A DNA stretch of 64,000 nt from an uncultured Bacteroidales bacterium (lineage in GTDB: Bacteria > Bacteroidota > Bacteroidia > Bacteroidales > UBA932). Of this stretch, positions 1-8,954 are shown piece after piece; position 1 is the first letter of the stretch; every line of letters begins with the position of its first letter. The position numbers and the translations under genes were made by a program. Below the pieces are notes generated by a model. It had not been told where the DNA came from and searched no databases. It saw only the letters and a list, made by a program, of their open reading frames with translations. The stretch lies in assembly GCA_946055165.1 (NCBI GenBank), contig CAMGFA010000003.1:7786-71785 (forward strand), read 5' to 3'.

Positions 1-2216
1 GTAAGCGAGCCGGCATCGGTCCCTTTCGGAATGCGGAAATTGCCTTCCGGGGTCTTGATGTACGGGCCGTACATTCCGTTGATTATCTGAATGCCTTCCC
101 ACTCTGCAATGGTCTTCGGCTGGGCCTTCTTCTTCAGGTCGGCCTCAATCACTGCAATGCACTGTTCTATGCTCACGCTTGCAGGGTCGCAGCCTTTCGG
201 CAGGGATACATTGTCGTTTCCGTATTTGAGATAAGGGCCGAAGCGTCCCTTGTTGGCAATGACATCCATTCCGTTCCACTGGCCCACTGTCCTCGGCAGA
301 CGGAAGAGCGCGAGGGCATCGTCCAGAGTGAGGCTTTCTATGAGCTGGCCGGCTTCGAGGCGGGCAATGCGGCGGCTTTCCCCTTCTCCCTTCTGCACAT
401 AAGGGCCGTACTGTCCGAGGCGGGCCACAACGCTCTGGCCGTCCTGCGGGTCCACTCCGATCACTCTCTCCACTTTGCGGTACTGCTGCTCGTTGAGGGC
501 GCTGCTGACCTCCTGGTGGAAAGGGGTGTAGAAGCTGCCCAGGCAGTTGTGCCAGTCGAGCTTGCCTTCGGCAATCCGGTCGAAGTCATTCTCCACGTCA
601 GCTGTGAATCCGTAGTCCAGAATGTCTGCGAAATTATCTACAAGATAGTCACTTACCACCATTCCTATTTCGGTAGGAAGGAGTTTGCCCTTTTCGGCTC
701 CTATGGTCTCCTTTGTCGGGATTTCGCTCAGCTCGTTTTGTTTGAGGCGCAGATTGAGCACTTCCCTTTCCTCTCCGGCTTTGTCGCCTTTCACGAGGTA
801 GCCCCTGCCTGTGGTGAGGGTGCTGATGATAGGCGCATAGGTGGAAGGGCGGCCGATTCCCAATTCTTCAAGCCTCTTCACCAGGGTAGGTTCGGAGAAG
901 CGGAACGGAGCCGCAGTAAAGCGGCAGAGGGCATCGATGCTCTTGGCTTGCAGTTTAGTGCCCACTTCCATATTCGGCAGCAGTCCGAGCTCTTCCTCGG
1001 CGGCATCGTCCGTGCCTTCGATATAGAGGCGGAGGAAGCCGTCGAAAAGTACCTCGGCCGATTGGAGCACATACTGTTCGCTGCGGGTGCTGATGCCAAC
1101 TTTAATGTTGGTGTTGAGCACTTTGGCTTCTGCCATCTGGCTGGCGAGGGTGCGGTTGAATATGAGTTTGTAGAGTTTCTGCTCCTGGGCAGTGCCTTCG
1201 ATTTCCGGGCGGTTGAGGTAGGTTGGCCTTATGGCTTCGTGGGCTTCCTGCGCACCTTTGCTCTTGGTCTTGAACTGGCGCGGGTGGGAGTAGTGTTCTC
1301 CGAAATTCTCACAGATATAGGCTTTGGCCGTGTTGATGGCCAGAGACGAGAGGTTGGTGGAGTCGGTACGCATGTAGGTGATTAGACCTTTTTCGTACAG
1401 TCTCTGCGCAATGCTCATCGTAAGGCTCACTGAAAAATGCAGTTTGCGGCCGGCCTCCTGCTGCAGGGTGGAGGTGGTGAAAGGGGCTGCCGGAAGCCGC
1501 ACTCCCTCTTTTTTCTCCACCGATGCCACGCTGTATTCTGCTCCGATGCAGTCCTGCAGGAACTTGCGGGCATCGTCCGTGGTCTCGAATTTCTTGTCCA
1601 GACTGCCTTTGACTTTGCGGCGGCCGGCTTCGAAACTTGCCTCCACTTTATAGTAGGCTTGCGGCTTGAAGGCGAGAATTTCCTTTTCGCGGTCGGTCAC
1701 CAGCCTCAGGGCAACGCTTTGTACCCTGCCGGCGGAAAGCCCGCGCTTTATCTTGCGCCAGAGCACCGGGGAAAGCTCGTAGCCCACAAGGCGGTCGAGA
1801 ATGCGCCTGGCCTGCTGGGCGTTGACGAGGTTCATATCGACTCCGCGAGGGTGGAGCAGGGCGTTGTCTATTGCCGTCTTGGTGATTTCGTGAAAGGTGA
1901 TGCGCTTAGTCTTGGAGGGGTCGAGCCCGAGGGTATCGGCCAGATGCCAGGAAATCGCCTCCCCTTCACGGTCCTCATCGGAAGCGAGGTACACCATATC
2001 GGCTTTTGCGGCAAGAGCTTTGAGCTCGCTCACCGTCTTTTTCTTTTCTGCAGGCACAACGTAGTTGGGTTTGAAGCCGTTTTCAATGTCCACACCCAAT
2101 TCTTTTTCCTGCAAATCGCGGATGTGCCCCTTCGAAGGAACCACCTGGTAGTCCTTTCCGAGGAACTTCTGTATTGTTTCCGCTTTGTGCGGAGATTCGA
2201 CTATAACTAAATTCAT
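1..2216 (-). CDS. topA: DNA topoisomerase I (type IA), N-terminal about 738 codons; C-terminus lies outside the window
   Basis: The reverse frame is open from the ATG at 2214-2216 to the window edge, which is why it is absent from the ORF track. My translation starts MNLVIVESPHKAETIQKFLGKDYQVVPSKGHIRDL...YLASDEDREGEAISWH, a Toprim N-terminus. The + strand ORFs 516-1385 and 1437-2210 are antisense shadows of this gene. Confidence 0.85.
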   Translation of the reverse strand, partial: MNLVIVESPHKAETIQKFLGKDYQVVPSKGHIRDLQEKELGVDIENGFKPNYVVPAEKKKTVSELKALAAKADMVYLASDEDREGEAISWHLADTLGLDPSKTKRITFHEITKTAIDNALLHPRGVDMNLVNAQQARRILDRLVGYELSPVLWRKIKRGLSAGRVQSVALRLVTDREKEILAFKPQAYYKVEASFEAGRRKVKGSLDKKFETTDDARKFLQDCIGAEYSVASVEKKEGVRLPAAPFTTSTLQQEAGRKLHFSVSLTMSIAQRLYEKGLITYMRTDSTNLSSLAINTAKAYICENFGEHYSHPRQFKTKSKGAQEAHEAIRPTYLNRPEIEGTAQEQKLYKLIFNRTLASQMAEAKVLNTNIKVGISTRSEQYVLQSAEVLFDGFLRLYIEGTDDAAEEELGLLPNMEVGTKLQAKSIDALCRFTAAPFRFSEPTLVKRLEELGIGRPSTYAPIISTLTTGRGYLVKGDKAGEEREVLNLRLKQNELSEIPTKETIGAEKGKLLPTEIGMVVSDYLVDNFADILDYGFTADVENDFDRIAEGKLDWHNCLGSFYTPFHQEVSSALNEQQYRKVERVIGVDPQDGQSVVARLGQYGPYVQKGEGESRRIARLEAGQLIESLTLDDALALFRLPRTVGQWNGMDVIANKGRFGPYLKYGNDNVSLPKGCDPASVSIEQCIAVIEADLKKKAQPKTIAEWEGIQIINGMYGPYIKTPEGNFRIPKGTDAGSL

Positions 2217-2257
2217 ACTGCAAAGAAAAACAGAAATAAAGGATTTATCAAAATAAA

Positions 2258-4639
2258 ATGAGTATTTTTGCGCCTATTATGAAAGATCGCACTCGCAAAA
2301 GATTAATCTTTTGGTTCTGGTTCATAATTGCTTTGCCCTTTGTAATAGTGATAGGGCTTGTTTTGGCTGTGATCCAGTTTGCCAAGATTCCATCGTTCGC
2401 GGAGCTTGAGCACCCGAACAACAACCTTGCCACCCAGTTGATTTCTTCCGACGGGGAAGTAATCAGCACCTTCCATATAGAAAACCGCACCTACGTTGAC
2501 TATGAGGATATTTCGGAAAATGTGATTCACGCAGCAGTGGCCACCGAAGATGCCCGTTTCTACAAGCACAGCGGAATAGACTTCATAAGTCTGGGCCGTG
2601 TTTTCTTCAAGACCCTTCTTATGAGGGATTCTTCCCAGGGAGGAGGAAGTACCATCACCCAGCAGCTTGCCAAGACTCTCTATCCCCGCGAAGAGGTGCT
2701 GAGCGGTTTCCCGGGGGCAAAATATGTTTCCATTGTGTGGATAAAGCTCAAGGAGTGGGTTACTGCCGTAAAGCTCGAACGGAACTACACCAAGAACGAG
2801 ATTATGGCCATGTACCTCAATTCCATTTTCTTCGGAAGCGGGGCCTATGGTATAAAGGCGGCGAGCGAAACTTTCTTTTCCAAGGAGCCTTCCCAACTCA
2901 ACATCCAGGAAGCTGCAATGCTTGTGGGAGCCGTGAACAAGCCTACCCGCTACAATCCGAGCATCAACCCGGAACAGGCAAAAATCAGGCGTGATTTCGT
3001 GATTTCCCAGATGCACAAGGCCGGCTTCATCAGCCAGGCACAGAAGACAGAAGCTCAGGAAAGCCCTATAGAACTGCATTTCAGCGTTCAGGACCACAAC
3101 AGCGGCATTGCCCCTTATTTCAGGGATATGATCCGCCGCGAGATGAGTGCCTCCAAACCTAAACGCAGCGATTATTTCTTTGAAGACGAATATGTCGCCG
3201 ATACCATCCGCTGGCGTGAAGATGCCCTCTACGGCTGGCTCAGCAAAAATCTCAAGCCGGATGGCGAGAAATACAATCTCGACCGCGACGGCCTGCGCAT
3301 TTATGTGACTCTCGATTCCCGTATGCAGCGCTATGCGGAAGAGGCTGTGCAGGAGCAGCTCTCCAAGAATCTGCAGCCTGTCTTTGCACGTGAACTCCGC
3401 CAGCGCGAGAATGCTCCGTTCCCGGACGAGATGGAAGAGCAGGTTTACGAAAAAATCATGTATCAGGCCCGCCGTTGGAGTGAGCGCTACAGAATCGGCC
3501 GAAAGCAGGGCTTGGGCGAAAAAGAGATAATGGCCCAGTTCAACGAGCCTGCCCGAATGAGGGTATTTGCCTGGAACGAAAAGGGTTATATCGACACCAC
3601 AATGACCCCGGACGATTCCATCAAATACTGCAAGTCCTTCCTGCGTGCCGCTTTTATGGCAATAGAGCCAGTTACTGGCGAGGTCAAGGCTTATGTGGGC
3701 GGCCCGGACTACAAGTATTTCAAGTTCGACAACATCCGTCAGGGCAAGCGCCAGGTGGGAAGTACCGTGAAACCATTCCTCTACACCCTTGCCATGCAGG
3801 AAGGTATGACTCCTTGCGACAAGGTTGTGAATATGCCGCAGACCTTCGTTGTGAACGACGGTACCTGGACTCCGCGAAGCACCGACCGTGCCGATGTCCT
3901 CGGCAAAACCGTTACTCTCAAATGGGGGCTCACACACTCCTCCAACAATATCTCGGCCTATCTTATGAAGCAGTTCGGGCCCACCGCTATGGCCCGCATG
4001 ATGCGAAAAATGGGCGTCAAGAGCCATTTGGACGAGGTCTATTCGCTTTGTGTAGGGCCGTGTGATCTTACTCTCTGTGAGATGGTTGCCGCCTTCAACA
4101 CCTTCCCGTCGCAGGGCGTGCATTCCACACCTCTTTTCGTAAGCAGGATAGAAGACAGCAACGGCAATGTGCTGGCCACTTTCGGCAACCGCCGCACCGA
4201 GGCCATCAGCGAGCAGACCGCCTACCTCATGGTGAACCTTATGGAAGGAGTAATCGACCAGGGTACCGGACGCCGTTTGCGCAACACCTACCGGCTCAAG
4301 GGCGAGATTGCCGGAAAGACGGGAACCACCAACGACAATTCCGACGGCTGGTTTATCGGCTACACTCCGAAGCTCACTGCCGGAGCCTGGGTGGGAGGCG
4401 AAGACAGAATGGTGCATTTCAAGGAATTGGCTCAGGGAAGCGGAAGCAATATGGCCCTGCCGATCTGGGGAATATTTATGAAAAAGTGTCTTGCCGACCC
4501 GACTCTCGACATCAGCGAAACCGATGTATTCGAGGCTCCTGCGGGTATGACCATAGACCTCAGCTGCACCGGTGGCGACATCGAACTCGAAGGGGACGAT
4601 TCCCTTGGCGAGGATGCCGATACCGACTTCTTCAATTAG
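2258..4639 (+). CDS. mrcA: Bifunctional class A penicillin-binding protein (glycosyltransferase + transpeptidase), PBP1A family
   Basis: 793 aa. It has an N-terminal TM anchor, GT51 motifs (ATEDARFYKHSGID, GGSTITQQLAK) and transpeptidase motifs (STVKP, SNN, KTGTTND). Confidence 0.9.
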   Translation: MSIFAPIMKDRTRKRLIFWFWFIIALPFVIVIGLVLAVIQFAKIPSFAELEHPNNNLATQLISSDGEVISTFHIENRTYVDYEDISENVIHAAVATEDARFYKHSGIDFISLGRVFFKTLLMRDSSQGGGSTITQQLAKTLYPREEVLSGFPGAKYVSIVWIKLKEWVTAVKLERNYTKNEIMAMYLNSIFFGSGAYGIKAASETFFSKEPSQLNIQEAAMLVGAVNKPTRYNPSINPEQAKIRRDFVISQMHKAGFISQAQKTEAQESPIELHFSVQDHNSGIAPYFRDMIRREMSASKPKRSDYFFEDEYVADTIRWREDALYGWLSKNLKPDGEKYNLDRDGLRIYVTLDSRMQRYAEEAVQEQLSKNLQPVFARELRQRENAPFPDEMEEQVYEKIMYQARRWSERYRIGRKQGLGEKEIMAQFNEPARMRVFAWNEKGYIDTTMTPDDSIKYCKSFLRAAFMAIEPVTGEVKAYVGGPDYKYFKFDNIRQGKRQVGSTVKPFLYTLAMQEGMTPCDKVVNMPQTFVVNDGTWTPRSTDRADVLGKTVTLKWGLTHSSNNISAYLMKQFGPTAMARMMRKMGVKSHLDEVYSLCVGPCDLTLCEMVAAFNTFPSQGVHSTPLFVSRIEDSNGNVLATFGNRRTEAISEQTAYLMVNLMEGVIDQGTGRRLRNTYRLKGEIAGKTGTTNDNSDGWFIGYTPKLTAGAWVGGEDRMVHFKELAQGSGSNMALPIWGIFMKKCLADPTLDISETDVFEAPAGMTIDLSCTGGDIELEGDDSLGEDADTDFFN

Positions 4640-4643
4640 GCTT

Positions 4644-5387
4644 ATGTTTTTCGACTACGGGGGCATAAAGGTTTACTTCGAAATCCAGGGTGAGGGGCGC
4701 GATTTGCTGCTGCTTCACGGCTGGGGCTGCGACCATAGCGAGTTTTACGGCTTTTTGCCCCAAATGCTTCAGTCCCACAGGGTTATTAGTCTGGATTTCC
4801 CGGGTTTCGGCCTTTCGGAAGAGCCTTTGAATACCTGGGGAGTGGAAGAATACTGTCGTATGACCGAAGCCCTTTGCGAGCATTTGAAAGTGGTGGAGCC
4901 GCAGATAATTTGCCATTCCTTCGGCGGGCGAGTAGCTGCGCTTTTTGCTTCCCGCAATGCTGTGGGCCGTATGATTTGGGCCGATGCCGCCGGTCTCAAA
5001 CCCCGCCGCTCTCTCAAATACTACATAAAGGTCCATTCCTATAAACTTGCCAAGTTCTTCCTTCTGAAAGTGCTTCGTAACGAGAAGGCTTTCAATGCCA
5101 TGCGCGAAAAACGCGGATCGTCCGACTACAAAAGCGCCTCCGAGCGGATGAAAGCCGTGCTTTCGCGGACCGTGAACGAGGACCTCAGCGCCTGCCTGCC
5201 GAAAATCAAAAGCCCTGTGCTGCTTTTCTGGGGCGAGAACGATACTGCCACCCCTTTGTGGATGGCTAAAAAAATGGAGAAGCTCCTGCCCGATGCCGCA
5301 ATCATTCTTGTAAAGTCCGGCAGTCATTTTTCCTTCATAGACGACCCCGCATTGTTTTCTTCAATGATTCTGACCTTCCTCAAATGA
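4644..5387 (+). CDS. Alpha/beta-fold hydrolase
   Basis: The internal ATG at 4644 (MFFDYGGIKVYFEIQGEG...) lies 4 nt after the PBP1A stop. Motifs include HGWGCDH and a nucleophile elbow CHSFGG. Its stop overlaps the next start (ATGA at 5384-5387). Confidence 0.75.
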   Translation: MFFDYGGIKVYFEIQGEGRDLLLLHGWGCDHSEFYGFLPQMLQSHRVISLDFPGFGLSEEPLNTWGVEEYCRMTEALCEHLKVVEPQIICHSFGGRVAALFASRNAVGRMIWADAAGLKPRRSLKYYIKVHSYKLAKFFLLKVLRNEKAFNAMREKRGSSDYKSASERMKAVLSRTVNEDLSACLPKIKSPVLLFWGENDTATPLWMAKKMEKLLPDAAIILVKSGSHFSFIDDPALFSSMILTFLK

Positions 5388-6808
5388 GCAAGCTTATTAT
5401 ATATACAGTCTCTTTGCTGCTTTTTGTCCTGCTGTTTCCATATTATATGAATATGTTTCAGCAGAACTCCTATCGTCCCGAGCGTTTTCTGCGCTGGCTC
5501 AAAGCCAATCCTCTGCCACGCCTTTTCCGTAAGGCCAAGGTAAAGTTCAAGTTTACAGCCCGTATGCAGAGACTTGCCTTCAGCGCTCTCGCACTGTATG
5601 TCCTTGCCGGCTTGCTCAGCCCCTGGGCTGTGCTGGCGATTGCCCTGCTCTGTCCTTTTTATCTGCTGCTCGTGAATCTGCTGCTTTCCCCAATGGAGAA
5701 GGCAGTCACCCGTTCTTTCTACAACAGGGCCAAAAGGAAACTTCAGGAGCACAAGGGGCTGATTGTAATAGGAATAACCGGAAGCTACGGCAAAACGAGC
5801 ACAAAAAATTATCTGTACCGCATTCTGAGCGAAAAATACAATGTGCTCATGACTCCCGGCAACTTCAACACCACTCTCGGGGTTGTGCGCACCATCAACG
5901 AAATGCTTGAGCCTTACCATCAGGTCTTCATAGTGGAGATGGGCGCAAAGCAGAGGGGCGACATCAAGGAAATCTGCGATTTGGTCCATCCCCGGATAGG
6001 TATAGTGACTGCGGTTGGAGATATGCATCTGGAAACTTTCGGCAGCCGCGAAAACATACAGAAGACCAAGTTCGAACTCATCGAAGCACTTCCTTCCCAC
6101 GGTCTCGGCCTCATCAATATGGAATCGGACGGAATAGCTTCCTACAAGGCCGTGCCAAGCCACTGCAGGCTCTTGTCCTACGGAATAGATGCGCACCGCT
6201 GCGATGCCCGTGCCGCCAATCTAAGCTATTCGGCAAAGGGTATGGAATTCGACTTTATAGGCCCGAAGGAAAGTATGCATTGCAGCACTCCTCTGCTTGG
6301 AGGGGCCAATGTGCTCAATCTCTGTGCTGCTCTTCTTGCTGCACGGGAACTTGCAGTGCCGGCAGAAAGGTGCCTCATTGCACTGCAGAAGATTCAGCCC
6401 GTGGAGCACAGGCTCAGCCTTATGCGCAAGGGCTCTTTCACCGTTTTGGACGATGCCTACAATTCCAATCCGGAAGGTGCGCAGATGGCTCTTCAGGTGC
6501 TCTCCCAAATGCGTCTGCCCGAAGGCGGGCGCAGGATTGTGGTGAGCCCGGGCTTTGTGGAATTGGGTGAGGTGCAGGAACAGGAGTGCAGGCGTTTCGG
6601 TGCGGCTGCCGCCCGGGTGGCCGATGTTTTCATAATTGTGAACAGATATAACCGCAAGGCCCTTATGGAAGGGGCCTCCGGAGCAGGGGGAAAGTGCGAA
6701 CTGCTCTGTGCCGATTCTTTGCAGCAGGCAGTGTCCCTGCTTTCCGGGGTTTTGACCCCAGGCTCTGTGGTCTTGTACGAAAATGATTTACCAGATACAT
6801 TCAAATAG
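5384..6808 (+). CDS. murF: Mur ligase family protein, MurF-like (UDP-MurNAc-tripeptide--D-Ala-D-Ala ligase-like) with a hydrophobic N-terminal extension
   Basis: 474 aa. Motifs include the P-loop GITGSYGKTSTKN, TPGNFNTTLGV, EMGA and DDAYNSNP. The first roughly 105 aa contain three hydrophobic segments instead of the usual soluble MurF N-domain. Confidence 0.7.
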   Translation: MSKLIIYTVSLLLFVLLFPYYMNMFQQNSYRPERFLRWLKANPLPRLFRKAKVKFKFTARMQRLAFSALALYVLAGLLSPWAVLAIALLCPFYLLLVNLLLSPMEKAVTRSFYNRAKRKLQEHKGLIVIGITGSYGKTSTKNYLYRILSEKYNVLMTPGNFNTTLGVVRTINEMLEPYHQVFIVEMGAKQRGDIKEICDLVHPRIGIVTAVGDMHLETFGSRENIQKTKFELIEALPSHGLGLINMESDGIASYKAVPSHCRLLSYGIDAHRCDARAANLSYSAKGMEFDFIGPKESMHCSTPLLGGANVLNLCAALLAARELAVPAERCLIALQKIQPVEHRLSLMRKGSFTVLDDAYNSNPEGAQMALQVLSQMRLPEGGRRIVVSPGFVELGEVQEQECRRFGAAAARVADVFIIVNRYNRKALMEGASGAGGKCELLCADSLQQAVSLLSGVLTPGSVVLYENDLPDTFK

Positions 6809-6814
6809 TTGAAT

Positions 6815-8032
6815 ATGAGTAAGATTACTGTGGGTGTCCTTTTTGGTGGACGCTCTGTGGAAAACGAAATTTCTGTTGTTACGGCTTCGCAGGTAATTGA
6901 AGCTCTGGACCACGACAAATACAATGTGGTTCCGATTTATATTGCAAAGACCGGAAAATGGTACAGCGGCAAGGCCCTTTTGGACCTGAAGCGCTACAGG
7001 GATATGCCTTCCCTTTACAAAGACTGCACAGAGGTTTACTTCAAATCCCTTTACGGGGACCGCAATCTCTATTGCAACGGGCTTTTCGGCAAGGCGAAGG
7101 TCTATGCCAAAATAGATACGGTGCTGCCTACCCTTCACGGCACCAACTGCGAGGATGGAACCCTTCAGGGCGTGCTCGAAGTGATAGGCATCCCTTATGT
7201 TGGCTGCAATACCTTTGCATCGGCCAATGGAATGGACAAGATTGCAATGAAGCAGATTCTTCGCGACAGCGGCATTTCTGTTGTGGATTTCTGCTGGTTC
7301 ACAGACAAGGAATGGGACGAAAGCCACTCCGCGGTGCTAGCCAAGGTGGAAAAGCAGCTCTCCTATCCTGTAATCGTGAAGCCGGCCAATTCGGGTTCGA
7401 GCGTGGGCATTATGCCGGCTCACAATATTGCCGAGCTGGAGGATGCCATAGACAATGCCGCCCAGTTCACCACACGAATCATAGTGGAGCGGATGCTCAG
7501 CCATCTCAAGGAGGTAAACTGCTCCGTGCGTGGTGATTATTATCATTGCGAGCCTTCTGTTTGCGAAGTTCCTCTGCGCAGCGGAGAGATTCTCAGCTAT
7601 TCGGACAAATATCAGGGAGGCGCATCCGGCGGAAAGCTGGGCGGAAGCAAGGGCGCCAAATTTACCGGAGCCAAAATTGCCGGCAGCAAGGGAGGCAGCA
7701 AAGGAATGGCAAGTCTCAAGCGCGAATTGCCTGCCAATCTGCCGGACAGCGTCACTGCTCTGGTCAAGGATTTTGCCGTGCGCACTTTCCGCACTTTGGG
7801 TTGTGAAGGTCTTGCCCGAATAGACCTTATGATAGATACCGAAGACGATCGCATTTATGTGAATGAAATCAATACCATCCCGGGTTCGCTTTCCTCTTAT
7901 CTTTGGGAATGTGGCGGCAAGCCTTTCACGGAAGTTCTCGACGAACTCATTGCCCGCAGTTTTGAGCGCAGCCGCGAAGAAAGCTTCAAGGTGGTCGATT
8001 TCGGAGGAAACATCTTTGCCTCGGGAAAATGA
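6815..8032 (+). CDS. ddl: D-alanine--D-alanine ligase family ATP-grasp enzyme carrying a 31-aa Gly/Ser/Lys-rich insertion
   Basis: The track ORF opens with TTG at 6809. The ATG at 6815 gives MSKITVGVLFGGRSVENEISV, a classic Ddl N-terminus. Other motifs are HGTNCEDGTLQG, YPVIVKPANSGSSVG and NEINTIPG. The insertion is encoded at 7613-7705. Confidence 0.8.
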   Translation: MSKITVGVLFGGRSVENEISVVTASQVIEALDHDKYNVVPIYIAKTGKWYSGKALLDLKRYRDMPSLYKDCTEVYFKSLYGDRNLYCNGLFGKAKVYAKIDTVLPTLHGTNCEDGTLQGVLEVIGIPYVGCNTFASANGMDKIAMKQILRDSGISVVDFCWFTDKEWDESHSAVLAKVEKQLSYPVIVKPANSGSSVGIMPAHNIAELEDAIDNAAQFTTRIIVERMLSHLKEVNCSVRGDYYHCEPSVCEVPLRSGEILSYSDKYQGGASGGKLGGSKGAKFTGAKIAGSKGGSKGMASLKRELPANLPDSVTALVKDFAVRTFRTLGCEGLARIDLMIDTEDDRIYVNEINTIPGSLSSYLWECGGKPFTEVLDELIARSFERSREESFKVVDFGGNIFASGK

Positions 8033-8913
8033 TGAGTCTTTCGGAGTTCTTCGCCTCGGCAACAGGAAAGCTGCAGGCGCTTTATCCCCTGCAGGAGGCC
8101 CGCAATATGGCGAGCCTTTTGCTTTGTGAGCGTCTTGGGCTCCAGTCCTGGGTTCTGCACACAGAAGGCGAAAGACCCATTCCGCCCGATTGCCTGGGTT
8201 TGTTGGAATCGGACCTGGACAGGCTTCTGCACAACGAACCCCTGCAGTATGTGCTGGGGAAAGCCCCTTTTTATGGCAGGGACTTCAGGGTGAGTCCGGC
8301 GGTGCTCATTCCCCGTCCCGAGACAGAAGAACTTGTACAACACGCACTTGATTTCCTATCTTCTTGCAACAGGAAGGATTTGAGGGCTCTGGACCTTTGC
8401 ACCGGAAGCGGCTGCATTGCCTGGACTCTCGCTTTGGAGTGCCCCGGACTGCAGGTGCGGGCTGTGGACATAAGCGAAAAGGCTCTCGAACTTGCCCGAT
8501 GCCAGTTCCCGCAGTCTGCCCCATCTGTGGATTTCGTTCAGGGCGATGTGCTCGACCCCGGCTTCCTCCGGTCTTTGGGCACTTATGAGCTTCTTGTGAG
8601 CAACCCTCCGTACATAATGGAAAAAGAAAAAGAGCAGATGCTGCCCAATGTTCTGGATTACGAGCCTTATCTGGCTCTGTTCGTGCCCGATTCCGATCCT
8701 CTGCTCTTCTATCGCGCCATTGCCGATGCCTCCGTTCAGTTGCTCAATCCCGGAGCTTGCTGCCTTGTGGAATGCAATGCCCTTTTCTGCAACGAGGTGG
8801 CTGCTTTGTTTCAGTCAAAGTCTGCATTTTCCGAAGTTTCCGTGCTGAAGGATATCAGTTCCCGTCCTCGCTTTGTACTTGCACGGACCGGGGCTGATGG
8901 CTCTGTTTTGTAG
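8029..8913 (+). CDS. prmC: Release-factor glutamine N5-methyltransferase (HemK/PrmC family)
   Basis: 294 aa with the SAM motif LDLCTGSGCIA and the catalytic NPPY (LVSNPPYI). Its start overlaps the ddl stop (ATGA). Confidence 0.8.
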   Translation: MMSLSEFFASATGKLQALYPLQEARNMASLLLCERLGLQSWVLHTEGERPIPPDCLGLLESDLDRLLHNEPLQYVLGKAPFYGRDFRVSPAVLIPRPETEELVQHALDFLSSCNRKDLRALDLCTGSGCIAWTLALECPGLQVRAVDISEKALELARCQFPQSAPSVDFVQGDVLDPGFLRSLGTYELLVSNPPYIMEKEKEQMLPNVLDYEPYLALFVPDSDPLLFYRAIADASVQLLNPGACCLVECNALFCNEVAALFQSKSAFSEVSVLKDISSRPRFVLARTGADGSVL

Positions 8914-8937
8914 CGCGGCATTTTTTTGCTATATTTG
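8907..8937 (+). promoter_or_regulatory. Bacteroidota sigma-A type promoter candidate (-33 TTTG, 19-nt spacer, -7 TATATTTG)
   Basis: TTTG sits at 8907-8910 and TATATTTG at 8930-8937, 17 nt before the ATG at 8955. Confidence 0.5.
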
Positions 8938-8954
8938 GGCAAATTTTTTACAAG

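Noticed and set aside
516-2210. Two long + strand ORFs (289 aa and 257 aa) at the left edge
   Set aside because: They are antisense to a clean topA reading frame on the minus strand. Their translations are low-complexity and Arg/Gly/Ala/Val-rich with no motifs.
2303-4417. 704-aa minus-strand ORF
   Set aside because: It is entirely antisense to the PBP1A gene, which has unmistakable GT51 and transpeptidase motifs. It is a shadow ORF typical of GC-rich third positions.
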